Source: Arthrobacter sp.
Lineage (GTDB): Bacteria > Actinomycetota > Actinomycetes > Actinomycetales > Micrococcaceae
DNA: 64,000 nucleotides
NCBI GenBank assembly: GCA_036565085.1
Contig: DATCNU010000027.1
Location: 2,846-66,845, forward strand
Direction of reading: 5' to 3'
Shown here: piece by piece, positions 27,661 to 37,291 of the stretch
Numbering within the stretch: position 1 is the stretch's first letter
Layout of the letters: every line of letters begins with the position of its first letter
Notes under the pieces: model-generated
The model's database searches: none
Told to the model about the DNA's origin: nothing
What the model saw: only the letters and a program-made list of their open reading frames with translations
Made by a program: the position numbers and the translations under genes

Positions 27661-28560
27661 CTAGGGGGTGCGCTTCGTGGGCGCTACAACTTTGATGACG
27701 GCGGAGTCGTCGGCGGCGGCGAGGCCCTGGGCCTGGCCCAGGAGGTAGAGCTGCTCCGCCGCGGCGGCAACGGGGGCTGCGAGGCCGGCAGCGCGGGTGG
27801 CTTTGCCGACAATGCCCATGTCCTTGACGAAGATGTCCAGGCGGGACAGGACCTCGGCGCCTTGCTCGGTGTAGGCCTCGAGGATCCGCGGGCCGCGGTT
27901 GGAGAGCATGAACGAGCCCGCGGCACCGGCCTCGAGCGCGGCCAGCGTCCTGGCCTGGTCCAGGCCGAGCGCGTCAGCGAGTGCCATGGCTTCAGCCGCG
28001 GCGGCGATGTGCACGCCGCAGAGCAGCTGGTTGACGGTCTTGAGCGCCTGCCCGTCGCCGGGCTTGTCGCCCACGATGGTCAGGGTGGAGGCGAGCAGTT
28101 CCAGGACCGGCCGGGCCTTGTCCAGGGCTTCCGGCGACGCGCCCACCACGATCAGCAGGTCGCCTTCGCCGGCGCGCTTGGGGCCGCCGGACAGCGGCGC
28201 GTCCACGAGTTCGACGCCGTATTCGGCCAGCTTGGCCACGGTGGCCGGGATGGCCTCGGTGCCGACGGTGCTGCCCAGGATCACGACGGCGCCCGGCTCC
28301 AGCACGGAGGCCACGCCGTTCTCACCGAAGAGGACATCGTTGAGCTGCTCGCCATTACGGACCGCCAGGAGCAGCGCGTCGGCACCCTTGGCTGCTTCAC
28401 GGGCTGAGGCGAAGGTGGCAATGCCTGCTTCTTCGGCAAGCTTGAGGCGGGGTTCGGCAATGTCGAAGCCGTGGACGGTCAGCCGGGAAGCGAGGCGGGT
28501 GGCCATGGGCAGGCCCATGGCCCCGAGGCCCAGGACGGTGACGGTGTAGTTGCTGGTCAT
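27661..28560 (-). CDS. 3-hydroxyisobutyrate dehydrogenase family oxidoreductase (LtnD-like)
   Basis: GLGAMGLPMA, DAPLSGG, KTVNQLL, IFVKDMGIV. Confidence 0.88.
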   Translation of the reverse strand: MTSNYTVTVLGLGAMGLPMATRLASRLTVHGFDIAEPRLKLAEEAGIATFASAREAAKGADALLLAVRNGEQLNDVLFGENGVASVLEPGAVVILGSTVGTEAIPATVAKLAEYGVELVDAPLSGGPKRAGEGDLLIVVGASPEALDKARPVLELLASTLTIVGDKPGDGQALKTVNQLLCGVHIAAAAEAMALADALGLDQARTLAALEAGAAGSFMLSNRGPRILEAYTEQGAEVLSRLDIFVKDMGIVGKATRAAGLAAPVAAAAEQLYLLGQAQGLAAADDSAVIKVVAPTKRTP

Positions 28561-28599
28561 GGTGTTCTCCATTGAATGTGTACGGAACGCGTTTGCTGG

Positions 28600-30090
28600 T
28601 TAGAAGGTGTTGCTGAGCTTGCGGGTGACGTCGGCGAGGGACTGGTCATCGCCCACGTTGCCGGCGAACACGATGTAGGGGATGCCCTTGGCGGGACCGT
28701 CCACCGGCTCCCACAGGGAGACAATGCCCGGAAGCATGGGGCCGCGGACAATGGCGTGCCGGATTTCCAGGCCGTGGGCAGCAACGTCCGACGAGGTGAT
28801 GCCGCCCTTGGCGATGACAAAGCGCGGCGGGAAGGTTTTCAGCGTCCGGTTCACGACGGCGACGACGGCGGCGGACACCGTGCGGGCGATCCGCAGGCTT
28901 TCGGCCGGGTCTTCGGTCCTGATGAGCAGGCGGCTGGTGTGGACGATGGCGTCACCGCCATGGAGCGCGTCCACGACGGTGACCACCATCTGGTCGAGGT
29001 AGGCGCCGGAAGTGTCTGTTTCGGTTTCGGCGGCAAGTAGCCTTTCGACGTCGATCTCCACGATCCGCGCGGCACTGTGCTGCTCCGTGAGTGCTTTGAG
29101 CTGGCGGGTGGTGACGCCCACATGGGAGCCCACCACGATCAGGCCTCCGGCGATGGAGGGTGTGTTGCCGGCGTAGGCTTCGGCACCGCTGAGCTCGGTG
29201 CGGATCTCCTGGCCGATGCGGGCGCGGACAAACGGCGGGCCCACGCGGTACAGGAGCTTCTTGCCGCGCCGCTCGGCTTCCTCCAGGCCGAGGGACAGCG
29301 CGCGGAGGTCGTTTTCCGTGACGATGTCGGCCACAATCGGGGTGGAGTGGGTGGCAGGGGCAATGGCATCGGCGATGGCCTTGGCGGAGATCTGCGGATC
29401 GGCGGAGGCGCGGATGATGTTGAGGTCCAGCACGATCACCGAATCCGCGGAGAAGCGGCCTATCGACTTCTCCTCCACATACTTGGCCATCTCCGAGTTG
29501 GCGAAGCCGAAGCTGGCGTCCTTGGCGAATTCGGTGTCTGCCACAGGTGTGAGGCGGCCAGCGGCCTCCCCCGTGCCGCGCATGTAATGCACACCGCCGA
29601 TGGTCACGCGGCCGGCGTCGGGGAAGGCCGGGACAAGCACGACGCCGTCGGTGTCCTCGCCGGTGACGTCCGCAACGGTTGCGGCGATGACGTCCGGCTC
29701 CAGCGGGTAGTGGCCGCGAAGGGTGGAATCGCTGCGGCTCACAAAGCCCAGCCGGAGCGCCCCGGCGGCGGCCAGTGCATTGCGGACGACTTCCTGGTTG
29801 CGGGCGGCAGCCTCGGCCGGATCGAGGCTGCGGGTGTTGGTCAGCACGTAGACGGCCGGCTTGCAGTGGCTCTGCAGGATGTGCTCGAACGCCCAGGTGA
29901 AATCCGCAACGTCCCAGCGGGTGAGTACGGGCAGGTCGGAGACGGACTGCGTTCCGGTGGGGTCGTCGTCGAGCACCACCAGCAACCGGGGAGACTCCGC
30001 ACTGGACGCGGCAACGGCTTCTGCCACCAGCCCGGCAGGAATCCGGACCTCGGCCGGAAAGAGGGCCAGAACGTCTGCTTCTAGGGTCAC
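28600..30090 (-). CDS. Four-carbon acid sugar kinase (DUF1537, OtnK-like)
   Basis: LDDDPTGTQ, RSDSTLRGH, PAFPDAGRVT, VGSHV, IAKGGITSS, FAGNVGD; GTG start. Confidence 0.9.
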   Translation of the reverse strand: MTLEADVLALFPAEVRIPAGLVAEAVAASSAESPRLLVVLDDDPTGTQSVSDLPVLTRWDVADFTWAFEHILQSHCKPAVYVLTNTRSLDPAEAAARNQEVVRNALAAAGALRLGFVSRSDSTLRGHYPLEPDVIAATVADVTGEDTDGVVLVPAFPDAGRVTIGGVHYMRGTGEAAGRLTPVADTEFAKDASFGFANSEMAKYVEEKSIGRFSADSVIVLDLNIIRASADPQISAKAIADAIAPATHSTPIVADIVTENDLRALSLGLEEAERRGKKLLYRVGPPFVRARIGQEIRTELSGAEAYAGNTPSIAGGLIVVGSHVGVTTRQLKALTEQHSAARIVEIDVERLLAAETETDTSGAYLDQMVVTVVDALHGGDAIVHTSRLLIRTEDPAESLRIARTVSAAVVAVVNRTLKTFPPRFVIAKGGITSSDVAAHGLEIRHAIVRGPMLPGIVSLWEPVDGPAKGIPYIVFAGNVGDDQSLADVTRKLSNTF

Positions 30091-30137
30091 AATGCACTCC
30101 GTTGTGTGTTGAATCGGCGCCGGTAAAGACAACTGTA

Positions 30138-30210
30138 AGATGTCTGACATCTAACATTTAGAAATAGTGTGGCACAGCACATTGGAACGCGCAAGTAGAC
30201 TTGTCAGACA
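30138..30210. promoter_or_regulatory. Two FadR/GntR operators in the divergent gap
   Basis: AGATGTC-T-GACATCT 30138-30152 and TGTC-A-GACA 30202-30210. Confidence 0.7.
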
Positions 30211-30238
30211 TATTTGCCGCGGGCGATGAGGGGGAAAC

Positions 30239-30943
30239 ATGGCACGGAAATCTCTGGTCGGCGTGGTGGCTGACGAGCTTCTGGACCGGATCATTGCGGG
30301 GGAATTCCCGCCGGGAGCCAGCGTGCCCGGGGAACATGAGCTCAGCGCCAAACATGAAGTGAGCCGGATGACGGTCCGCGAGGCCATGAAGACGCTTGAG
30401 GCACAGCGGATCCTCAGCGTGGAGCGTGGCCGGGGAACCTTCGTGAACCCGCTCAACCGGTGGGCCTCGCTGGAGGCGGTACTGCGCGCCGCGTCCGAGG
30501 GCAAGAACGAGGCCGACGCTTCCATTCAACTAATAGAACTCCGCCGCATGCTTGAGACAGGAGCCTGCGAGCTGGCCGCGGGACGCATCGGTGACGCCGA
30601 CGTCAAAGCCCTTTTCGAGTGCGTGGCAGCCATGCGCGCAGCCAACGGGATCAACGATGTGGCCGCATTCGTGAAAGCTGACCTGGCGTTCCATGACCTG
30701 ATCCTGCATGCCTCCGAGAACGTGTTTGTGGCGGTCCTGTTCGAACCGCTGCAGCGGGTGCTGGAAAAGCGCCGGGCCGAAACGTCGGCGGTGCCGGAGA
30801 TCCAGGTTCACGCGATCGGGCACCACCAGAACATCGCGGAAGCCCTGGAATCCCGTGACCCCTCCCGCTCCCGTGAGGCCATGGACGCCCACATGCAGCA
30901 GACCCTGGACGACCTCAAGAACCTGGTGCTCGGCGCCCGCTAG
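30239..30943 (+). CDS. FadR/GntR-family regulator
   Basis: VSRMTVREAM, GRGTFV, FCD domain DLAFH. Confidence 0.92.
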   Translation: MARKSLVGVVADELLDRIIAGEFPPGASVPGEHELSAKHEVSRMTVREAMKTLEAQRILSVERGRGTFVNPLNRWASLEAVLRAASEGKNEADASIQLIELRRMLETGACELAAGRIGDADVKALFECVAAMRAANGINDVAAFVKADLAFHDLILHASENVFVAVLFEPLQRVLEKRRAETSAVPEIQVHAIGHHQNIAEALESRDPSRSREAMDAHMQQTLDDLKNLVLGAR

Positions 30944-31030
30944 GGTGGCAGGTCTGGCCAAGGCTCCTGAAGTCCTACTAGTCTTCAAGGACCCGCAACC
31001 GGGAATCGAAGGCGATCACGAGGAGCGAAG

Positions 31031-31240
31031 TTGTCCAATCACACGTACAGCATTTCTGAAATTGTCGGCACCTCCGAAGAAGGTGTGGACGCGGCAGTCC
31101 GGAACGGGATCGCCGAGGCCGCCAAGACCCTGCGCAACCTTGACTGGTTCGAAGTGAAGGAAGTCCGCGGCCACCTTCAAGACGGAAAGATCGCCGACTG
31201 GCAGGTCACCATCAAACTTGGGTTCCGCCTGGAACGCTGA
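31031..31240 (+). CDS. Dodecin (flavin-binding)
   Basis: EIVGTS, TLRNLDWFEVKEVRG, WQVTIKLGF; GAGGAG RBS, TTG start. Confidence 0.92.
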   Translation: MSNHTYSISEIVGTSEEGVDAAVRNGIAEAAKTLRNLDWFEVKEVRGHLQDGKIADWQVTIKLGFRLER

Positions 31241-31256
31241 CCCGGGCACCGAATTA

Positions 31257-31289
31257 ACCGATGGCCGCGCCCCTGGCGCGGCCATCGGT
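31257..31289. terminator. Perfect 15-bp hairpin between convergent genes
   Basis: ACCGATGGCCGCGCC-CCT-GGCGCGGCCATCGGT. Confidence 0.75.
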
Positions 31290-31299
31290 CATTCTGCAC

Positions 31300-31530
31300 T
31301 TAGTTGGGCGACACGACGCTCGCGGTTCGACGGAGCCAGACCGTGGGGACGCCGTCGTACGCCGGGAACACATGCCCCTCGAAAAATGACTCAACGACCA
31401 GGGGGTGCGACTCGGGGCTCCAGAGTCCGGAGGCGGGGCAATGGGAGCCCGTAGCAGTGGCCGGACCGGTGCCGGCGGCAAAGGCCTGGCGTTCCTTGAG
31501 CAGGGCGATGCGTTTCATCTTTGAGACCAT
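31300..31530 (-). CDS. Small hypothetical protein (YjzC-like motif)
   Basis: TG-x-x-CP-x-SG-x-W ... G-x-x-FP ... W pattern. Confidence 0.55.
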   Translation of the reverse strand: MVSKMKRIALLKERQAFAAGTGPATATGSHCPASGLWSPESHPLVVESFFEGHVFPAYDGVPTVWLRRTASVVSPN

Positions 31531-31896
31531 CCTTGGAAAAGAAAAGTGTGTGCTTCCAGCCTAGGAATGAGCCCGACGCCTCCCAATGGGCTGGTGGCCA
31601 GAATCGTCTGAGCCGGCTGGGCAATCGCACAGCGCTCTGTGCCGGACGGGGACGTTGGCCCTCCGGCCTGCACGCCATCGAACCGCCACCGTAAGCAGCG
31701 CAGTATTTGCCAAGGAATATGAACGGCGCCGCAGGGTTTGCCGAGGATTGGGGCAGGTTCCTCTCCCGTCCCTGCTCCCTTTGCCACCATGATGGGGGGG
31801 CACCTCCCTTGTCGGCAGGAAATGGACGTGGAAGGAACCGGCCGCTGGCTGCCCGCACCTGCCCCGCCGGGGCCCATTTCGCTGTAGGGAGTATTC

Positions 31897-33207
31897 ATGG
31901 GTCATCCTTTTGTCCGTTTCGCGGTGTCCGGTCTTGTCCTGTCGCTGACCGTTTTGTTTGGTATTTCAGCGCCTGCCGAGGCTGCCAGCCGGCCCGGGAT
32001 CACGCTGAGTGCTTCAGCGGGTCCGGGAGGGTCGTCTGTCACGGTGACGGGGACCGGCTTCGCGCGTACGGCCACCGGTACCCTGACCGCCGGAGCCGCC
32101 AGCGCCGCATTCACCACCAAAGCCAACGGGTCCTTCACCGCGGCGGTCACGGTCCCCCTCACCGCCGAAGCCACTGTGCTGGTGACGGCGCAAGGAGGCG
32201 GGGAATCTGCCTCCGCACCGTACACCGTCACATACGGCCCCGCCTCCGTCAGCGCCGCGCCGGCCAGTGTCCGCCCTTCCGGTACAGCGCCACTCATGAT
32301 GGCCGCCCGGACAAAGACGGCGACAACAACGGCCACCCCGCTGGCCAGTTCCGCCCGGCTGCGTTTCGGTGTATCGACGCCCGGCGGCCCGCTGGCCGCC
32401 AGCGAACTCGACGCCGTCTCCACCCTGGTCAACGAAAGCCCGTCCGTGGTCATGTGGTACGACGACTTCGCCCAGGCCGCCCCCATCACCGAACTGAACG
32501 CCATCAACGCCCGCGGCGCCACCAGCCTCGTGACCTGGGAGCCATGGCTCTGGACCGGGAACGGCGCTGACCAGCCCGCCTATTCGCTGGACCGCATCAC
32601 CGCCGGAGACTTCGACACCTATATCCAGCAATGGGGCACCGCCCTTGCCTCCTGGGGCAAACCCGTCATGCTCAGGTTCGGACATGAAATGAACGGCAAC
32701 TGGTACCCCTGGGCCGAGTCCGCCAACGGCAACCAGGCCGGAGACTATGTGGCCGCATGGCGCCACGTCCACGATGTCATCGCCAGCACCGGGGCCACCA
32801 ACGTCCAGTGGGTCTGGAGTCCCAACGTTCCCTACTGGGGCTCCACCCCCCTCACCGGCCTCTACCCCGGAGCCGGCTATGTCGACGTCGTTGCCCTGGA
32901 CGGCTACAACTGGGGAACCGCGGCATCCTGGAGCACCTGGACAACACCGTCGGCCCTGTTCGGCGACGGCCTGACCGCCCTTCGCAACCTGGCCCCCGGC
33001 AAGCCCATCATCATCGCCGAGACAGCGTCCGCGGAAGCCGGCGGCTCAAAGGCGGCCTGGAACACCACCCTTGTGTCCTACCTCGCAGCCCAGCCCGACA
33101 TCACCGCATTTGTCTGGTTCAACCACAACAAGGAAGTCGACTGGCGCATCAACAGCACCACCGCCTCGGCCGACGCATTCGCTGCCACCCTGGCCGCCAG
33201 GAACTGA
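31897..33207 (+). CDS. Secreted GH26 glycoside hydrolase with an N-terminal Ig-like domain
   Basis: Signal peptide ending AEA; VTVTGTGF Ig-like motif; TWEPW, RFGHEMNGNWYPW (acid/base), DGYN, IAET (nucleophile). Confidence 0.88.
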   Translation: MGHPFVRFAVSGLVLSLTVLFGISAPAEAASRPGITLSASAGPGGSSVTVTGTGFARTATGTLTAGAASAAFTTKANGSFTAAVTVPLTAEATVLVTAQGGGESASAPYTVTYGPASVSAAPASVRPSGTAPLMMAARTKTATTTATPLASSARLRFGVSTPGGPLAASELDAVSTLVNESPSVVMWYDDFAQAAPITELNAINARGATSLVTWEPWLWTGNGADQPAYSLDRITAGDFDTYIQQWGTALASWGKPVMLRFGHEMNGNWYPWAESANGNQAGDYVAAWRHVHDVIASTGATNVQWVWSPNVPYWGSTPLTGLYPGAGYVDVVALDGYNWGTAASWSTWTTPSALFGDGLTALRNLAPGKPIIIAETASAEAGGSKAAWNTTLVSYLAAQPDITAFVWFNHNKEVDWRINSTTASADAFAATLAARN

Positions 33208-33213
33208 CGCTGA

Positions 33214-34128
33214 TCAGTTCTCAGCCGCGGCCGGCGGAATTGCTTCGGCGGTGAACTGCCGCTGTGGTTCAGGCGCCGGAGGCCCCTGACCCGCGTCGGC
33301 CCCCAGGCTGCCCAGCAGCGTCAGGGCATCAGCCGACGGCGACCCCGGCCTGGCTGAATAGACCCGAAGCACCTGGTCCGGATCGTCGGGGAGGACAAGG
33401 TTCTCGAAGTTCAGTTCCAGATCCCCGACGGCGGGATGATGGAGCCGCACGCTGCCGGCGGACCGTGTTGCCACCCTGTGCCCTGCCCACCACTGCCGGA
33501 ACTGCTCGCTGTGGACTGCGAGCTCACCCACCAGCTGGTTGGCCTGAGCGTCATTGGGGTGCCGTCCCACATCCAGGCGAAGTGCGCCCGCGGCTTCCGC
33601 TGCCACATTCTTCCAGTCGCGGAAAAGATCCCGGGCCTGCGGATCCAGGATGAGCCAGCGGGTCAGGTTGCGCTCCCGGGCTGGAAGCTCCAGGAAATCG
33701 GTGAACAGCAGGAACGCCATCCGGTTGCCGGCCAGGACGTCGGTGCGGCGGCCAAGCACCAGCGCCGGTATCTCCCCCACCGCTTCAAGGAGCTGCCGGA
33801 GCGCAGGGCGGACGCCCTGCGCGGGTCCGGGGGACCGGGTGGGCGCGGCACAGTTTTCCAGCAGGTCCATCATGTGTGCATGTTCGCTGGTGTCCAGTCG
33901 GAGCGCACGGGACACGGAATCCAGGACAGCCCGCGATGGGTGGATGTTCCTGCCCTGCTCCAGGCGGATGTAGTAATCGGTGCTGACTCCGGCCAACCGC
34001 GCCACCTCCTCGCGGCGCAGCCCGGGAACCCGGCGCGCGCCGGATGTCCCCTCCGCTCCCGCCTCCTCCGGACTCATCCGGGACCGCATGGCTTTGAGGA
34101 ATTTTCCGAACTCGGCGCTCTGACCCAT
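33214..34128 (-). CDS. MmyB-like XRE-family regulator
   Basis: RRVPGLRREEVARLAGVSTDYYIRLEQGR, HHPAVGDL; probably leaderless. Confidence 0.92.
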   Translation of the reverse strand: MGQSAEFGKFLKAMRSRMSPEEAGAEGTSGARRVPGLRREEVARLAGVSTDYYIRLEQGRNIHPSRAVLDSVSRALRLDTSEHAHMMDLLENCAAPTRSPGPAQGVRPALRQLLEAVGEIPALVLGRRTDVLAGNRMAFLLFTDFLELPARERNLTRWLILDPQARDLFRDWKNVAAEAAGALRLDVGRHPNDAQANQLVGELAVHSEQFRQWWAGHRVATRSAGSVRLHHPAVGDLELNFENLVLPDDPDQVLRVYSARPGSPSADALTLLGSLGADAGQGPPAPEPQRQFTAEAIPPAAAEN

Positions 34129-34173
34129 GCACCCTATTGTGCCCGTCCGCGGGTCCGCCTTCTACGCCGAAGG

Positions 34174-34190
34174 TAGGACTGGCAGTCCTA
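34174..34190. promoter_or_regulatory. Candidate operator of the MmyB-like regulator
   Basis: Perfect TAGGACTG-G-CAGTCCTA inverted repeat in the divergent gap. Confidence 0.6.
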
Positions 34191-34360
34191 GGAAAAACAG
34201 GAACAGCCTCAGCTGCTGACTCGGAGGGCAAAAATGCATAGGCTCAAGGCATAGGGCGTACGAAAGCGTTTTCTCGCGCAAGCACACACGAACAGCAGCC
34301 ACAGGTAAAGCAGCAGCCAGAGGCAAGAAACAGCACCGTCTGCAAGCAAGGAGCACCATC

Positions 34361-35194
34361 ATGTCTGAGCTGACACCGAACACCACGCTGAACAATGGCG
34401 TCACAATCCCCCGGCTGGGCCTGGGCGTCTTCCAGGTGCCCCCGGAGGACACGCAGCGGATCGTCGAGGACGCCTTGGCGGCAGGCTACCGCCACATCGA
34501 CAGCGCCGCCGGGTACCGCAATGAAGAAGGCGTGGGCGCGGCCATCGCGGCTTCAGGCGTCCCGCGCGGGGAAATCTTCGTCACCACGAAGCTCCGCAAC
34601 GGCGAGCAGGGACGTGCCCAGGAGGCCTTCCAAAACAGCCGCAAGGCGCTTGGCCTCGACTATGTGGACCTCTACCTGATCCACTGGCCGGTCCCCTCGC
34701 AGGGACTCTATGTCCAGGCGTGGAAGGAGATGGAACGGCTGTACGAGAACAAGCAGATCCGCGCCATCGGAGTGTCCAACTTCCTCTCAGAACACCTGGA
34801 CACCCTGCTGCAGGCCGCGGAAGTGGCGCCCGCCGTCAACCAGATCGAGCTGCATCCCAGCTACCAGCAGGCCGAACTGGCCGCCAAGTGCCGTTCGCTG
34901 GACATCGCGGTGGAGGCCTACAGTCCGCTGGGCCAGGGCGTGGACCTCAACGGCAGCACCGTCACCGCCGTCGCACAGGCCCACCACGCCACCACAGCGC
35001 AGGTGGTGCTCGCCTGGCATCTGGCGGCCGGCAACATCGTCATCCCCAAGTCCGTAAATCCGTCCCGGATGCGGGAGAATTTCGCCGCCGCCTCCCTGAC
35101 CCTCACTGATGACGAACTCGCATCCATCACCGCGCTGGAGTCCGGGGCACGGATCGGCTCCGATCCCGCAGTCGCCTCCTTCACCCAACTCTGA
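34361..35194 (+). CDS. Aldo/keto reductase (2,5-DKG reductase-like)
   Basis: GYRHIDSAAGY, LYLIHWP, IGVSNF, IPKS. Confidence 0.92.
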   Translation: MSELTPNTTLNNGVTIPRLGLGVFQVPPEDTQRIVEDALAAGYRHIDSAAGYRNEEGVGAAIAASGVPRGEIFVTTKLRNGEQGRAQEAFQNSRKALGLDYVDLYLIHWPVPSQGLYVQAWKEMERLYENKQIRAIGVSNFLSEHLDTLLQAAEVAPAVNQIELHPSYQQAELAAKCRSLDIAVEAYSPLGQGVDLNGSTVTAVAQAHHATTAQVVLAWHLAAGNIVIPKSVNPSRMRENFAAASLTLTDDELASITALESGARIGSDPAVASFTQL

Positions 35195-35224
35195 AACACC
35201 GCACCAAAGCCAAAGGACTACGCC

Positions 35225-36196
35225 ATGCAGTACACCCACCTTGGCCGCTCCGGCCTGAAGGTTTCCCGCCTTTGCCTGGGCACCATGAACTTCGGCCCCC
35301 AGACCGAAGAAGCCACGGCCCATTCGATCATGGACTCGGCACTGGACTCGGGCATCAACTTCTTCGACACCGCCAACGTGTACGGCGGCACCGGGCACCG
35401 CGGCTGGACGGAAGAGGTCATCGGCCGCTGGTTCGCCCGGGGCGGCGAGCGCCGCGAACGGACCGTCCTGGCCACCAAGCTCTACGGCACCATGACGGAC
35501 CGCCCCAACGAATCCAAGCTCTCAGCCCTGAACATCCGCCGCGCCCTGGACGCGAGCCTCAAGCGGCTCCAAACGGACTACATCGATATCTATCAGTTCC
35601 ACCACATCGACCGGGACACCCCGTGGGACGAGATCTGGCAGGCCATCGACGTTGCGGTGCAGCAGGGGAAGATCCTCTACTCCGGCAGCAGCAACTTTGC
35701 CGGCTGGCACATCGCCCAGGCGCAGGAGGCTGCCCGGCGCCGCAACTACACGGGCCTGGTCAGCGAGCAGTCCATCTACAACCTGTTCCGCCGGGAGGTG
35801 GAACTTGAGGTCATTCCGGCCGCCCGGCAGTACGGGCTGGGACTCATCCCCTGGTCACCGCTTCAGGGCGGGCTGCTGGGCGGAGTGCTGAAGAAGGAAC
35901 GCCAAGGTGTCCGCCGCTCCGAGGGCAGGGCCCTGGAAACGCTCAAAAAACACGAGGACCAGATCCGACAGTACGAGGACTTCGCCGACGAACTGGGCCG
36001 CGAACCCGGTGATGTCGCCCTCGCCTGGCTGCTTCACCAGCCCGCAGTCACCGCACCCATCGTGGGGCCGCGGACGCAGGAACAGCTCGACGCCGCCATC
36101 CGGGCCTTGGATCTCACCCTCGACGCCGACGCGCTCAAGCGGCTCGACGATATCTTCCCGGGGCACCGCACGGCTCCGGAAGACTACGCGTGGTAG
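35225..36196 (+). CDS. Aldo/keto reductase
   Basis: LCLGTMNFG, FDTANVYG, SLKRLQTDYID, PWSPL. Confidence 0.92.
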   Translation: MQYTHLGRSGLKVSRLCLGTMNFGPQTEEATAHSIMDSALDSGINFFDTANVYGGTGHRGWTEEVIGRWFARGGERRERTVLATKLYGTMTDRPNESKLSALNIRRALDASLKRLQTDYIDIYQFHHIDRDTPWDEIWQAIDVAVQQGKILYSGSSNFAGWHIAQAQEAARRRNYTGLVSEQSIYNLFRREVELEVIPAARQYGLGLIPWSPLQGGLLGGVLKKERQGVRRSEGRALETLKKHEDQIRQYEDFADELGREPGDVALAWLLHQPAVTAPIVGPRTQEQLDAAIRALDLTLDADALKRLDDIFPGHRTAPEDYAW

Positions 36197-37221
36197 CCCC
36201 GCTCGTGTTTGAAGCCGATACCGTAGCGCCGCGGAATATCCTCTTCATCGGAGGCACCGGCGTCATCAGCGCAGCGGCGGCAGAGCGCGCCGTTGCGCTG
36301 GGTCACCGGTTGACCATTCTCAACCGGGGCAGGTCAGCGGACAGGCCGCCGCCCGACGGCGCCGAGGTCCTGCAGGCGGACGTGCGCGACACGGACGCCG
36401 TGGAGGAGGTGCTGGGCGGGCGGGAGTTCGACGCCGTCGCGGACTTTATTGCCTTCACTCCGGACCACGCCCGGGCCAGCATGGAAATGTTCCGCGGGAG
36501 GACGGGGCAGTATGTGTTCATCAGTTCCGCCTCCGCCTACCAGAAGCCGCCCACCCGGCTGCCCATCCTCGAATCCACGCCCCTGAAGAACCCGTTCTGG
36601 CAGTATTCGCGGGACAAGATCGCCTGCGAGGACCTGCTGTTCGAGGCCTACCGCTCGGATGATTTCCCGCTCACGGTGGTGCGGCCCTCCCATACCTACG
36701 ACCGTACGAAGATCGCCATGGTGGGCGGCTGGACGGACATCCACCGCATGCGCGCCGGACTGCCGGTGATGGTGCACGGCGACGGCACATCGCTCTGGAC
36801 CCTGACCCACAGCAGGGACTTCGCCAAGGCCTTTGTCGGATTGCTCGGCAGGCCCCAGGCAGTGGGCGAGAGCTACACCATCACCTCGGACGAATACCTG
36901 CCCTGGAATCAGATCTATGGCCTCTTCGCGAGGGCGGCCGGCGTTCCCGAGCCGGAGCTGGTGCACGTGGCCTCTGCAACGATCGCCGCGCACAGCAGCG
37001 AACTGGGGCCGAACCTGCTGGGCGACAGGTCCCACTCGGTAGTGTTCGACAACACCAAGATCAAGTCCTTGGTGCCCGGCTACACCGCCACCATCCCGTT
37101 CGCTGATGGCGCCAGGGAGATCGTGGATTGGTATGACGGGCATCCCGGACTCCAGGCCGTGGACCACCCGTTCATGGAGCTGAGCGACCGTCTCATCGCA
37201 TGGACGCAAAGGCCGCTCTGA
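36190..37221 (+). CDS. NAD-dependent epimerase/dehydratase family protein
   Basis: IGGTGVIS, FISSASAY, YSRDK. Confidence 0.88.
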   Translation: MVAPLVFEADTVAPRNILFIGGTGVISAAAAERAVALGHRLTILNRGRSADRPPPDGAEVLQADVRDTDAVEEVLGGREFDAVADFIAFTPDHARASMEMFRGRTGQYVFISSASAYQKPPTRLPILESTPLKNPFWQYSRDKIACEDLLFEAYRSDDFPLTVVRPSHTYDRTKIAMVGGWTDIHRMRAGLPVMVHGDGTSLWTLTHSRDFAKAFVGLLGRPQAVGESYTITSDEYLPWNQIYGLFARAAGVPEPELVHVASATIAAHSSELGPNLLGDRSHSVVFDNTKIKSLVPGYTATIPFADGAREIVDWYDGHPGLQAVDHPFMELSDRLIAWTQRPL

Positions 37222-37291
37222 AATCACCAGGGCCCCAAATTCCGCGGCCGTTTGGGTGCCGCGGCCCCCTGGATCAGGAGACACTGGTGGG

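Noticed and set aside
31530-31897. Cyclic-dinucleotide riboswitch upstream of GH26
   Set aside because: Only short fragments (GGAACC, GGCAAACC) resemble the consensus; the core architecture was not found
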